Shown here piece by piece: positions 52,401-64,000 of a DNA stretch of 64,000 bases. Position 1 is the stretch's first letter, and each line of letters starts with the position of its first letter. Origin of the DNA: Antedon mediterranea (Eukaryota; Animalia; Echinodermata); NCBI RefSeq assembly GCF_964355755.1, contig NC_092674.1, forward strand, positions 16,058,001 through 16,122,000. The letters are read 5' to 3'. The notes beneath the pieces were generated by a model, which saw only the letters and a program-made list of their open reading frames with translations, ran no database searches and had not been told where the DNA came from. The position numbers and the translations under genes are program-made.

Positions 52401-55400
52401 CTGAAGGACAAATTGTTGCATTGTGATTGGCCACATGTCTGATTCTTCCACCATTTATTTCTTTATTAAAATGGACTTTCGATTTTCAAGAAATTCACAC
52501 ATGTTATTTAAATGTATCAAATTAACACAAGCCCATACAAATAAAAACAAAATGTATAGTATTTTGAGAAAAAACGAAATTTTAAGATACCTTGGTAAAT
52601 TAGCGAAAATTACTCACGCCATTGCAATATTCTATTTTAACGGCCGTCGGGAGACTCTATATTCACGACGTCACATATACACACGACGATATCAAGATCG
52701 TGTATGCCGCCCGATAGTCAGTGAATGATCGACGGCCTGTAAAGATATGCGAAGCGTTGACACTAATACTAATTTATTCAATATCTAATGTTGTTGAAAT
52801 ATAGGTCCCTAAAATGTACTTTGTTTGTTCTAAAACTCGAATGTAGAAGGCCTACCTCCCAAACCTTTACTAGGCCTAGGCCCCTAGCGCGGAGTCGATC
52901 CACCACCCACCCACATGCGAGGCTCTGTTTCATGCGCATCCAAGGACCAAAGCAATATCAACAACTTTCTGCTCATTGTCAGGCCAAAGTAAAATATGAA
53001 TAAAATTCGTTTTCGAACTGCCTGATTCGTGACAAATTATCATCTCGTATTACTAATTTAATTCTGCTAAACTAAAGAAACTAACACATTTTAGCAGTAT
53101 AAAAATTACGAACAATATACAAAATACACGAACGGAAAATATGGATACGCATCATTGCACACGGCGCTGTATCCCGGACAACGTTGCCAGAAAAAAACCG
53201 TTGATTTGAAGATTTTAAATCGTCTTTTACTCGATGAATAACCGTTTATACAGTAATAATTTTATCTCACAAAATTCTAAATACGTTTCTGCAAATGCAC
53301 AAGCATTTTTTAGAAAATACTCCATAGATTTTAAGAGTTAGCCAAAAAACTGCAAATTGTCCATTGGAGGGATAGGAATATATTCGCAAAGTGACGTCAC
53401 CCGCGAATTTGTTTGATTTTCAAATGGGGCTTTCCCCAAAAGGGCGAATTTATATTTTGTAACAATATACATTCTAGCAACACCTAATACTAATAGCCCC
53501 CAAAACATTCTAAAATTTTTAAAATCGAAAATCCATTTCAGGTCCATTTTAACACTTTGACTGCCAAAAGTTTTTCCAGTTAGAAATTGCCACTGCCAGC
53601 GTTTTTAGCTAATTTCAATATTTTTACTAAGCTGATTGAAACTATGTATGTGATCTGATTGATATGTAATTTAGACAGGTCTGTTGTGTAAAACTCGTTC
53701 ACTTAATTAGGGTATACATACAATAATAAAATTACACCATTATTTTTTATTCAGATAATAAACAAACATGCAAATCCACAAAATCCTTCTAAAGGCCAAT
53801 TTACACAGAAAACGCAAAAATAGAATCTATGTTATTTCTTATGACCATTTACACAGAACGCGGAGCGGACAAGCGGTTGAGCGGAAATCCGCTCAGGATC
53901 AAAACAGATTCGATTTTGTGAAAATACCGCGCGGTAATTATGGATTCTGGCCAACCAACGACATGATTGAAATGACGTCATCTATCAACAACTTTTTTTT
54001 TGCGTCCGTCGAGTGAAAGATGACAATAACTACGAGTGCCGTAGTAGGCCTAGCCTAGTTTGCAACTTCTTTTTATTCAGAAATACAAACACCTAATGTG
54101 ACTAATGTTCGTATAAGGATAGTGAAAAGAAAATACACATTTTAGTACGTTATTAGGCAACAATTCCCTCTAAAACTTAGGCCTGTGTGTGCTAGGCCTA
54201 CTGACAGTCAGTCACATCCAGGCTAGGCCAGCAGTGACTGTAACATGCATTAGCCTCGAGGCCTACACGCACCTACTTTCCACCACTCCGTTCGCGAACT
54301 CCGCGCGCTGTGTAAATGGGAAAAGCCACGCGGTTTTTCGCTTACAATTACCGCTTACCGTTACCGCTCGTCTGTGTAAATTGGCCTTAATGCTTCGGCC
54401 TAGCTATTACAACAAAAAATATTTAGAAGTATTTTTTCAATGCTATTTTACAATATTATTTATTAATAAAATTATTTAATTTTTCTTTATTTTAGCTTTT
54501 GGTGGTGAGAAATGGAAGTCAAATGTCCTTTTAACATCTTTTCTTGTACCAAGTATGGTTTTTGCTGTATTCTTTGTCATGAATCTGGTACTGTGGATCT
54601 ATGGTAGTTCAGCTGCAATTCCATTCACCACTTTAGTAGCATTGCTAGCGCTATGGTTCTGTGTTTCTACACCACTAACATTTTTTGGGGCATATTTTGG
54701 TTATAAAAACAGAGTGAGTAGAACGTAGATTTATATATTTTAGTTCGTATCACCCACCGTTAAACTCGGAAACCTAAATGTATAGTTCAGCCTTTCTGAG
54801 AATAGGAAGCTGTTATCATTTTTTATTGAAATTCTTTTGTATTGAATATATATTATTTTTTTTATTAGTAAGTTCAAAATATTGTATCATTGATGCTCTT
54901 TCCGTACTTAAATTTTCATTCGTATGTTGAATTCAAACTATTTAAATAACGGATAATAAATAACTCCGTATCTAGTGCAAGCCAATGAGCATTATGACCA
55001 ATTTCAACATTTATGTTAAAATGTGTAATTGTATCCTATCCATTCTTTCAGCCAATTGAGGTACCAGTACGAACAAATCAGATCCCACGGCAAATTCCAG
55101 AGCAGTCTTTCTACACTCGCCCATTGCCTGGCATTGTTATGGGAGGAATTTTGCCATTTGGATGTATTTTCATTCAACTATTTTTTATTCTTAATAGTAT
55201 ATGGTATGTGAATACAAAATATATTAGCCATTTAAATCTGAATATACTTTATCCAACAATAGGGAGGTTTCGCAACCTTACGAATACGATAACGAAAATG
55301 GATATGTCACACATTTGTGAAACTTTTGAGCTGATCCTCATTTCATATTCGTAAAGCGTATTCGTGTTGACGAATATCACCAGTCATATTCGTAACTACA

Positions 55401-58400
55401 AAACGAGTATAGTTTTTTATCTATTTTGCATTTGAATCGGGAATAATTCATGATTATAATATAATTATAGATTTATTGAAAGTAATTTACTAAAGTAATT
55501 TACTAAAATAATTTACTAAAATGCCAGGTCAATTTTGATAAATAGCAGTTTTGAAAGTCCTCACTCGCTTTGATGTTACGCTAGGCCTAGCCAGCCAAGC
55601 AACACATGCCTACCACTTCGCTCAATTTTACCGCAGTCATATTTTGGATATTTAGCCATGCGAAACAGATTTTTACTGGCTTCTGAAAAACGAATACGTG
55701 TGCGTGATGTATCCGTTTTCGTTATCATATTCGTAAGATTGCAAAACCTGCCTATTATCAAGTTTGGATAAACCTGATAAAGTAAATATTATTAATTTAT
55801 TGGAAATAGCTGCCAGTTAGGTTTAATAGTTTGTTACAACCAGCAACAGTTAATTTACATTTTTTAATATTACTGTATGTATATAAATACTACCTGCACA
55901 AAACATCTTTTCTACCATAATAATTTTACATTCTCAAAGTAAAATAAAGCTTTTATTGTCTTTAATACTCTAGATAAGAAGAAACCCATTGTAATTTGTG
56001 ATTAAACCTTCAAAACCCTTTGCCCTTTACAAATACTAAAGTTCCACTACAATCTCGCATCTGGCTTGGCTCATTGCGATCAAAATTTCAAGCCAGTGAT
56101 TCACACATTTGACTGGTTACTTTAAAATCCTATTAGTGAAACAGAAGGTTAGTGCACCACCTCCTGGATTGCTCATCAATTCAGGTTGATCCTGGTAGCT
56201 TGCCATAATTCTGCCTACGTGAGATTTCACCCCAGATATCAATCCATGTTGGGTCACACTAAAAAAATCAAGCCAGGTGTGAGGCTGTAGTGCGGCCATA
56301 GTATTTGTGAATACAGAATACACTGGATTCTTCCAGTTTCCTGCCAGGAAATTTCACATCAAATTAGATAAAGGGTTAATTTTGTTTTGTTGAATGTGTA
56401 TCCAAGAAAGTTAGATCTATTTTGATTTATTTTAAATTGCATTTGTGTATGAACCAATTATAAAATTGTGTTGTCCTCCTTTCAACAGGTCCCATCAGTT
56501 CTACTATATGTTTGGCTTTTTGTTTGTGGTTGCCCTTATTCTTGTCATCACTTGCTCAGAAGCAACAATACTATTGTGTTATTTTCATCTTTGTGCAGAG
56601 GTAATGTTATAATGTAACAATAGAGAGCTTTCAGTTTGTGACAACCTAGAACATACATATTGATATGTCGTTATCAAATCTGCAAATCCTGAAAAATTTT
56701 AAAATTATAATGGGAAATATAGGACATCAGATTATGTTAGCACTTCATTCCACCTCATTTGATTCTTTATATTGACTGATCTGATTAGACCTAATATAGG
56801 TAGATTTGAAATTCTTAACAACTTTAATATTTAAAATATAACAAAAAACATTCTTTCATTTTATGGTTATACACTTTGAAAGAACAACCATGCAGATGAC
56901 CAAACATATGTTTCAGATCTCAATTCATTTAAAATGAAAAATGTTTTGAATATAAATTCTTAATAACAAACTAAAAAATAAAAACTTTCTTTTTTTCATC
57001 AAGATTAAATTAAATCCAAATCACTGCATATATTATACTTTCAACTACTTTACATTTAACTTGTGAGCATTTTTGCAATAGCGTCAACACTATTGCATTT
57101 TATATTAATTTGCAGGAAATATAAAATAATTAATTAAATACGTTTTTATTTCAGGATTATCATTGGTGGTGGCGATCTTTCTTGACTAGTGGATTTACAG
57201 CCTTTTATTTTGGAATATATTGCGTACATTATTTTGTGTCAAAGCTTCAAATTGTAGGTGGTGCCAGCACTCTTCTGTACTTTGGATATACATTTATTAT
57301 GGTCCTTCTTTTCTTTTTGTTTTGTGGTAAGTAATTTTTGTGTTTTTAACATGCAAAGATTATCTATGAATAGCACAATCATGGATGGATGTCATTTAAA
57401 GTATATATATATATATATATATATCCAATCTGCAGACAGTACTGTTTCGATATTATTAGATCGCGTCAGTGCAGCTCAGGTTATATTTAATGTATTGTCC
57501 TCCAAAAACATGAAAAATTAAGATTAATTAAATCAGATAATTTATTTTATTTTATTTATTCGACTTCTCACTAACTCAGTTAGTGAAGGATCTGGACCAA
57601 CAAGTGGTAAACACCTCTAAAACGATCCAGTCCCAATTTGCACAGTGGCTGTGTGTGACAGTGGCTGTGTTTGTGTGGACTAGTACACCGGGGTAACCCC
57701 CTACTCGTCTCGAAAGATGTACTAGGTTCTTTAAAGTGCGCATGAGCTATGTGTAAACTGGACCTACGGTTTATAGTCCTTATCCGAGAAGACTCGTTCT
57801 ACCACCAGAACCATGGAGCGAGTGAGCCTCGAACCCTTGCCGATGTTATGGCTACGTAATTACGATTCCACTGTCTTAACCGCTCGGCCACTCACTAATA
57901 CTAATCAAATAATGTTTTCATTTATAAATTGACAAAATAAATGGTTCAACCACAAACCCACTGGCTGGCAGCCAATTTGGCCATTTTTTTAATTTAAATT
58001 ACATTTTTTAAAGTAAATACATTATTTTTCGATCCAATTTGTGGTCAAAGTAACTAATATGTTACATTAAAATGGCTTATTTAACAAAAATGTTATTCTT
58101 TTTAGGGGGACAATACATCTTTCAGATAACTTTAACTGTTTTTTAAAACTTTTAATACAAAACAATGATTCTTGGTAGAAGTATTGGGTTAGTTGACAAA
58201 AATTTCCGAAAGCATAATATTGTGAGTTGCCAAAATGATTTGATTTGTGGGCTATCAAATGATAGCAACATCTCTGTTTGGTTTTTTTTTTATTATTGTT
58301 TCTTATTTTATGAAAGCATAAATTTGTCTTTTGTAAATATTGTATTGTACTGTTATCAGCATTGGGAAATTATAGCAAAGGAACTTTTTTTTTTCATAGG

Positions 58401-58467
58401 AACTGTGGGTTTCTTTTCTTGCCTCTGGTTTGTAATGAAGATTTACAGTGTTGTTAAGGTGGATTGA
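28421..58467 (+). CDS. TM9SF2: Transmembrane 9 superfamily member 2 (endomembrane protein 70 family), 14 exons, 655 aa
   Basis: Exons 28421-28549, 33168-33235, 43223-43444, 43724-43853, 44021-44148, 46009-46138, 46703-46888, 47629-47761, 50955-51074, 54496-54713, 55052-55203, 56489-56600, 57155-57326, 58400-58467; total 1968 nt, all GT-AG, phases consistent. Motifs: signal peptide + [99 protein letters not shown] and C-terminal KVD* (KxD/E COPI motif). Confidence 0.97.
28971..31582. mobile_element. Inner element bounded by ~50-60-bp inverted repeats
   Basis: GGATCAGGTGCCGTTTTCGGCCACCTCGACTT(G/A)TATGGACTATACCATTAT at 28971-29021 and its reverse complement at 31532-31582. Confidence 0.85.
30400..31350 (-). 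mobile_element. Degenerate LINE 3' end with CCHC zinc knuckle
   Basis: Minus strand reads CKMC.../[20 protein letters not shown] across a frameshift; (AATA)n tail at ~30400-30416. Confidence 0.6.
34772..39069. mobile_element. 4.3-kb TIR element, 4-bp TSD ATTT, GGG...CCC termini (Sola-like)
   Basis: TIR GGGTGTTTCCATAAAT(T/A)AAGGGGCCA; flanks CCGT-ATTT|...|ATTT-CAATTTA. The empty site CCGTATTTCAATTTA is present in the paralogous copy at ~40181-40195. Confidence 0.8.
39149..41164. mobile_element. Second, 2.0-kb copy of the TAGG-TIR family, 7-bp TSD ATACTAT
   Basis: TAGGTATCCAAATG...CATTGGGATACCTA; TSD at 39142-39148 and 41165-41171; homologous along its length to the outer element. Confidence 0.87.
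41920..42429. mobile_element. Tc1/mariner (pogo/Tigger-like) MITE, TA TSD
   Basis: TA|CAGTAGAACCT...AGGTTCTACTG|TA with internal CGTAAAA repeats. Confidence 0.85.
42520..43000 (-). mobile_element. L2-group LINE 3' remnant
   Basis: KLQRVQNA..(frameshift) [24 protein letters not shown]...FKTALKTHL; the 3' end GGGCATTGAGG...ATGCACTATATAAGT..(ATT)n is L2-type. Confidence 0.75.
44234..45908. mobile_element. Non-autonomous TIR element CAGGCCTCGAATTT, 7-bp TSD CAATTAT (hAT/P-like)
   Basis: TIRs at 44234-44247 and 45895-45908; CAATTAT at 44227-44233 and 45909-45915; subterminal TGCCC / GGCCTTGGTGCC repeats. Confidence 0.85.
46920..47554. mobile_element. hAT-like MITE (CAGGGATGA...TCATCCCTG), apparent 6-bp TSD TTTAAC
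   Basis: TTTAAC at 46914-46919 and 47555-47560. Confidence 0.7.
47988..48056. repeat. Perfect 28-bp inverted repeat with 13-nt spacer (hairpin)
   Basis: GGTGAATGATGAAAGGTTATATATCAAC-TCAGCGTTGCCTC-GTTGATATATAACCTTTCATCATTCACC. Confidence 0.95.
48470..50161 (-). mobile_element. L1/Tx1-clade LINE, 5'-truncated, frameshifted
   Basis: [30 protein letters not shown] and a zf-RVT C-terminus [20 protein letters not shown]...[17 protein letters not shown]. Confidence 0.9.
51159..52359. mobile_element. PIF/Harbinger-like MITE, TTA TSD
   Basis: TTA|GGCCTAAAAAAAAAAA..TGTTTGTTTGCTGTCA...TGACAGCAAACAAACTATTTTTTTTTTAGGCC|TTA. Confidence 0.8.
51408..52165. mobile_element. Tc1/mariner-pogo MITE nested in the Harbinger MITE, TA TSD
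   Basis: TA|CCGTATATTTCGGTGTATAAGTCGCAC...GTGCGATTATACACCGAAATATACGC|TA. Confidence 0.85.
52470..53548. mobile_element. TTAA-TSD element with AATGGAC termini (Kolobok-like)
   Basis: TTAA|AATGGACTTTCGATTTT...AAAATCGAAAATCCATTTCAGGTCCATT|TTAA. Confidence 0.6.
55261..55753. mobile_element. MITE with ~45-bp TIRs, AT flanks (ISL2EU/Harbinger-group-like)
   Basis: AGGGAGGTTTCGCAACCTTACGAATACGATAACGAAAATGGATA pairs with TATCCGTTTTCGTTATCATATTCGTAAGATTGCAAAACCTGCCT. Confidence 0.8.
57541..57893 (-). mobile_element. tRNA-derived SINE with Nin/Deu-type central domain
   Basis: Minus strand: A box TGGCCGAGCGG, B box GGTTCGAGGCT, core CTCGGATAAGGACTATAAACCGTAGGTCC...CACTTTAAAGAACC...TTCGAGACGAGTAGGGGGTTACCCCGGT, and an (AATAA)n tail. 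Confidence 0.85.
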
Positions 58468-60552
58468 TTGAAAGGATCTGCAAGGTGTATTACTACCTTT
58501 GAAAAAAGAACAACAATCAACAACAGGCAAAGTAGCAGTATATAATAAAAAAAAATGTTTTTCTAATACAAATTCATTTTGTTGTTTTGTGATCAGTTTG
58601 CCCATTCAATAGGCTTTTTTATACTTAATTTTCTTTTGCTTCTTACATTGTTTGTAATGACTTTGTGATGTTTGTAAAATATGAAGGTAGAAAGTTGTAC
58701 AATTAGGACTTGCTTAAAACATTTACATCGTTATTTATTTATGACATTACAGTATTGATTGAAGATTTACATGTTTACTTTTGAGTGTTTATTAACAATA
58801 CTTAATGGCCAAATTATAAAATTGACTACTGAATGTCTTGTGTATAGAACCTTCAATAGCTGACAAATTTAATTCAATAAAAAATTTATTTTCGGGTTTC
58901 TTTTTCCCCCAATACCTACACAGTAGGTAGTAACAGTATTGACATTTTTGTTGGCTTCAAATATTGGAATCTCTTCTCAAACCCAAATTCACATTGTAAT
59001 AGAATAAAAAATTACACAAATTCATTTTAAAAATTAATTTTTGGTAGTGTTAACATACATTTTGTCTCTTCAATTTTGGGTTTCAAAATAGCAATATGTC
59101 AATTACGTGTTTATTATCCCTGTATAGATCACCTATTAAAGATATAAAAAAACATATTTGTTGAATATGCCATTTTAATGTCGGGTAATAGTTACTCACT
59201 TTGACCAAAAACTGAATCGGAAAAAAAATGTACCTTAATTAAAAAATGTAATTTAAAGCAAAAAAATGCTTAAATTGTCTGTCGGACAATGGTTTTTGGT
59301 TAAAATTAACTGTTTCTTTTATCTTTTTTTTAAATAACTTTATTATAACTGCAAAATGACTTATTTAATATCTGATTTTATTAATCTTCATTTTTCTTGT
59401 TTTTGGGGGACAATACATCTTTAGGTACTGTATTACAGAATCGGTTACTTTTTTGCAGAAATGTATCTTATGAAGGAGTTAAGCAATTTTAAATTGTTAT
59501 ATACATTCTCATTCTCACAAATTTCCTCATCTTATCGTTTCAAATTAATTAATACATTTTTAGTATATCACCGGGCGGTTTAGAATCTATTCTATGCCTG
59601 TGGTGTTTATATATATATATAAATCCAAAGGCAAATTACTGAAAATAATGACAATACTGTGGGTATCAGTGGCTGGATCTCAATGGAGATACAATATGAA
59701 ATAAGCAAAAACCTAAATCAAAACGATAAAGTAAAACAGCCAGAAAAAGTAGCAGAGCTTTTTATATATATATTGCTCTTCTAACTTTAGTTAATAATTA
59801 TAGGAGATATAAAAAAACACACAAGATTACCTTTCAATCTCACAGGGCTGGCAGAATTTCTTCTAGTTAAATTGTTTGAAAGCCACACTACAATGTATGA
59901 TACCACAAAATAAAGAAAGGTATACAAATCATGTTCTACTTTTGGTCAGATTACACAGTTAGTTATCTATCACCTTGTATTCCAAATTCTACAATAATGT
60001 TGCCCAAAAAAGAGGCTTTTTTAGATTATCTTTTTTATAATATATTTTAATGCTTTCATTTGGTGTTTTAGATTATTTTGGTTTAGATAGATTGAAAGGA
60101 AGATGTGACATTATGAATACATTTTAAATGGTATTTGGGACACCTATTTACATCGCTTTTGTTGTATGAATTTTCATAGTTTTTTTTATTAAAATGTACT
60201 TGATATTAAATATTTAAATTAATTAATATTATGCCTGATGGTGTTGGTTTCTTCTTTAAATCCAGATCAGTGTCTACATTTATTTGACTAATAAAATATG
60301 TTATTTACAAGAATACAGACTAGACAATCAATTTGAAGATGGTTTCTTTATTAAAATAAATCACTTGAGTGATACTGTATGACATCAATAGAACATTTTC
60401 CCCAGATTACAATATTTATTTGATGCAACCTTACCTACCATATTTAGAAAAGTTTAAGAGTTGAAATAAATGAAAGGTCTAATATATTAACTTGCTGGTC
60501 CTGGTGGTATGTCATGCATTTCCACAAATTTAGATATTTAACACTTTTCAGT

Positions 60553-62022
60553 TTATACTGTAGTATGGTTTTGCCACACCAAATCTGTAACTGGAAATGT
60601 CTTAAATACATGTACGGTTTCTGGATAACCAGTTCTGTAATCAAGTAGTTCCTCAAGACATTGTAACGTCACCGGATCAAAACTGTAATAAAATTTATTG
60701 GCAAATAAATGAGGTTGACGAGTAAGATACGGCATGTACCCAACTCCAAACACACAAAGGGCGCGCACATATTTCCCTTTGCATTTTGGGTGTCTTGGTA
60801 TATCGGCCCATTTCATAAATCGTACATTTTCATGCCAAGTACTTTTAGGATAGCCACCAGGAGTACCATTAGCTCGTTGTAGTGTAACCCAATAGTGTTC
60901 GTCTGGGCTGTAGGTATCATTCGACCATTTCAATAGATCAGTTGCTAATTGATTGTTGATAACAAAATTGACAAAACGGTGTGTAGCTGCGTAATATGCG
61001 TTTCCAAAATATATTGTAAGTCCGTGTGGAGGATTTGTTTTCTTTTTTGATGTCCTGACTAACTTTCCCTTTATTGTAGTACGGTGCTTGTATTGTGTTC
61101 TGGGTTTTATATATGATGGAGGTAATATTCCATTAATGTCGTTATGGCCATTATACATTTTAAGTTGACGAACGATTTCGAGGTTAGTTTTCAAAGGAAA
61201 ATCTTGAGCGCACAAATTCATAACGTAATGCCATGGTTCAGGTCTTCGCAAGAGATCACTCATACAGTTGATATCAGCTAACAACCTTGTATATCCAGCA
61301 TATTGTACGCTTTCAAGTTTTGAGGCAACAAAAACGTTATCAAAGCAACCAGCTAATTTATTCACGGCACTATGAAATGTCTGCGGTGACTTTGCGTCTA
61401 GATGAATGCAGTAGACGTTCTGTGAATGGAAAATAGCTCGCAGTAAACGTTCTAATTGCGCAGAATCCTTGTGAGTTGTAATAATGTAGGCTATTGGAAA
61501 ATTTGCTTCTTCCTCTGATAATGGCATATTAGGATACATGCTTTTCGTCTTATACTCGTTGCATTCTGTTACCCAATTCAAAACGTCCGCGTCATCAGGT
61601 ACTGGAAGGTTATTTTTAGAGTCCCTGTAATAGTTTAACATTTCAAATACTTCTTGTATATATAAATGTTGTCCGTTAATAATCTTTGTGCAGTTAACAT
61701 CCCAATATTTATGAAACGCTGAATTTGAAATGTGATTTAAACTGTCGCTTTTAAATTTTGCATGAGTAATGTCTGGCCAGTTATCTGGATCTCTTTCAAC
61801 AGCTGATGTGATATGCTCGGTTGTATTAACTTTCAAATATTTTTTTTGTAATTTGAAATCATGCGTTTGGAGGTTTTTGAAATAATTTATAAAATATAAC
61901 TTACGGTGTCGTTTAACACTATTTTCATAATTCGCTGATATTTGAAATGTTATTACTTGCACGACAATGAATGTTAAACTTAGAATAACTGTACAGCAGC
62001 ACATTCGGGTTCGTAATGTCAT
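60553..62022 (-). CDS. GCNT: Beta-1,6-N-acetylglucosaminyltransferase (core-2/I-branching, GT14 family), ~489 aa, single coding exon
   Basis: Type II membrane anchor after MTLRTRM; motifs PLSEEEANFPIAYII, HK, NVYCIHLDAKS, CFDNVFVASKLESVQYAG..RLLADINCMSDLL, NLCAQDFPLKTNLEIVRQLK, YSPDEHYWVTL, YVRALCVFGVG, HLFANKF. A splice acceptor (TTTCAG on the minus strand, 62141-62146) lies upstream. Paralogue (GCNT1/2/3/4) not resolvable by eye. Confidence 0.95.
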   Translation of the reverse strand: MTLRTRMCCCTVILSLTFIVVQVITFQISANYENSVKRHRKLYFINYFKNLQTHDFKLQKKYLKVNTTEHITSAVERDPDNWPDITHAKFKSDSLNHISNSAFHKYWDVNCTKIINGQHLYIQEVFEMLNYYRDSKNNLPVPDDADVLNWVTECNEYKTKSMYPNMPLSEEEANFPIAYIITTHKDSAQLERLLRAIFHSQNVYCIHLDAKSPQTFHSAVNKLAGCFDNVFVASKLESVQYAGYTRLLADINCMSDLLRRPEPWHYVMNLCAQDFPLKTNLEIVRQLKMYNGHNDINGILPPSYIKPRTQYKHRTTIKGKLVRTSKKKTNPPHGLTIYFGNAYYAATHRFVNFVINNQLATDLLKWSNDTYSPDEHYWVTLQRANGTPGGYPKSTWHENVRFMKWADIPRHPKCKGKYVRALCVFGVGYMPYLTRQPHLFANKFYYSFDPVTLQCLEELLDYRTGYPETVHVFKTFPVTDLVWQNHTTV

Positions 62023-62369
62023 GTTGTTGATCGGTTCTTGTCTGCTGAATGCACTTGCTGTCCAGTGTAACACTATTTTTCTATATTTTGCAATCACACT
62101 GTATACTATTGCATTAAATTTCAATTGCAACGAAGTTATCCTGAAAATGAAATAATAATATAATAATAATAATAATAACAATCAAAACATATTGTTGTAT
62201 TCGAATCGAGTTACTCGATGAGGTATGTTTTAACTATGGAAGTGGTTAACAACAGTTTTAAACGATACGTGTGACTGGGAGAAGGCAAATGGGGACACGA
62301 CACCCCTACTACATCATCCAACGCTACTCCTGGGCAGAAATTAAAGCCAACAGACGAAATGGCGATTCA

Positions 62370-62718
62370 AATGGCCAAGCAGCTAAGGCAGAGTCGCCGT
62401 TTACCGTATATAACAATATCGCCATGGGTCCGAGGCTGACTCGCTCCTAGTTCTGGTCTTCTCAGATAAGGACTATAAACCGTAAGTAGTCCAGTCATGG
62501 ATTAAGTGGTCCAGTGTACTATACACAGTTTACCCGTGTGTACTTTAAATAACTCAGTTCATCATTCGAGACGAGTATGGGAGTTACCCCGGTATCTGGT
62601 TCACAAAATATCCCCTGTTTCAGGGGGATTACCACCTACCGTATCTGATAGGACAGTGATTAATTTACTATTGGTAATCGTTTGCAACATGTGCTTAAAG
62701 ATAATAAAATAAATAAAT
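62370..62718 (+). mobile_element. Second, more diverged copy of the Nin/Deu-type tRNA SINE
   Basis: TGGCCAAGCAG...GGTCCGAGGCTGACTCGCTCC...CTCAGATAAGGACTATAAACCGTA...TTCGAGACGAGTATGGGAGTTACCCCGGT; tail ATAATAAAATAAATAAAT. Confidence 0.8.
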
Positions 62719-64000
62719 CGTCAAATGAATTGTTTTTTGACAAGAACGTCAAAACTAGAAAGTCAATTAGAATTAATCTTTTTTTTTTAACTAAGTAAAT
62801 GCTGAAAGTTTAGTATCCGAGTCTGACACAGAAACTGTGCAAGAAGCCAACAGGAGTAAAGGCACATTATTTTATATTTTATTCTAGGACGATATCGATC
62901 ATCACCCTTAACTATGGGATTCCCATTTTTTATTTTGTCATGCATTTTATCTTGGATGAAAATAATATTTACACAAGTCCAATCGAATAACGTATTGATT
63001 AGAAGAGCACGCATTTCGTGACATAGGCCTACAACGATTTATAATTGGATTTTTAACAACATTATTTTCATTAAAGACAGCATAGTAAAATGATTACCCA
63101 TTTTCTTACGACCATAGTTTTAAGTATTTGAGAATATTAATAAAATGTGGGATTAGTTATCTCTGAAAGCTTCAGAAAACTACGTTGTGGTGAACGTTAA
63201 TGTTTTCCCATCTTCAAATTCTTCCCATACCCTAAAACTATTTAACATCATTTCCTGCGTTCAAAATCGATATTTCAATAATCAGGGGTTGGAATATTCA
63301 GGGAGATGTAAAACTGAAACTCCTCCCATATGGGATGGAGTTGATAGAAACGCAAGAAGTGCTGATTCAGTTGCAGCGGCTACAAAAAGGAGTTGTAGAA
63401 TATATGCCTATTTTAGAGAAAAATCCGCGCCCACAACAGAGGCACAGGTGGATATTATGGCCCTTTTAGGTAGTTCAATTGAAATAAATAATGATAAGGA
63501 CAAAACAGCTAAAGCCTCAGATAACCAAAGCAAAAACATGAATAAAAAGGGGTAGGCAAAAACCGGTGGGTACAGATTCTGTTTGGGGATGACATGACAA
63601 AAGGTGTAAATAAAAGAGCTACGACAGACTATACGATTACGTGTGCATGTGTTGATTTACAAAAAGCCCTTCTGAAGCGAAAGGGCCGGAAACTATACGT
63701 AAATCTACCCTCCGATTATTCTAGGCTATTTTCAGGAATTTAATAAAAATGAATTGAAATGAATACAGCACTGTAGTATCCATGGCCTATCAACAAAGGT
63801 AATCTAGCCTATAAACTCTTAGGTACAATAACTCAGCATTGGTGGTTGACGTCCTTTCAAATGATATCTCCATAACTTACCTTTTTAAGAATTTACGTGA
63901 CAAAAGATACTATAGGCCTAATACCTTATAGGCTAAATAGGTTTATTTCAATTTCAAAATTCAACAGATTCCTAAAAGAAGTAAATTAATAAATGAACTT

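Noticed and set aside
53549-53620. piggyBac-like end TTAA|CACTTTGACTGCC
   Set aside because: No matching right TIR found, so no element can be delimited.
57820-57893. tRNA gene
   Set aside because: A and B boxes are present but there is no complete cloverleaf, and the sequence continues into a SINE core and tail.
62023-62181. N-terminal extension of the GCNT ORF ([11 protein letters not shown]...)
   Set aside because: It starts at a non-ATG codon in an (ATT)n run upstream of a splice acceptor; the Met at 62022 precedes the expected type II anchor.
63187-63555. 122-aa ORF
   Set aside because: GTG start, no recognisable domain or splice context; may be the antisense of a decayed repeat.

Overview
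AT-rich, intron-rich animal (probably marine invertebrate) genomic DNA, not prokaryotic. Four protein-coding genes can be reconstructed. (1) The last 5 exons of a class C (mGluR/CaSR-like) GPCR, + strand, 1419-6697, ending in a long helical cytoplasmic tail. (2) A 608-aa ORF, + strand, 22398-24224, with two KLHL-type BTB domains around a ~280-aa disordered linker and no BACK/Kelch domains. (3) A complete 14-exon TM9SF2 gene, + strand, 28421-58467, 655 aa. (4) A convergent GT14/GCNT beta-1,6-GlcNAc transferase with a single coding exon, - strand, 60553-62022. The rest is mostly transposon DNA: CR1/L2 and L1/Tx1 LINEs, a permuted Penelope-like element, Nin/Deu-type tRNA SINEs, a Helentron-type element and many non-autonomous TIR elements. 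TM9SF2 intron 2 holds a 9-kb nest of these whose target-site duplications can be read directly. The most interesting observations are the tandem-BTB protein (candidate beta-TrCP degron and LC8 motif), the GPCR coiled-coil tail, the self-nested 7-bp-TSD transposon family and the permuted Penelope element. All assignments come from reading the sequence by eye; no database searches were run.
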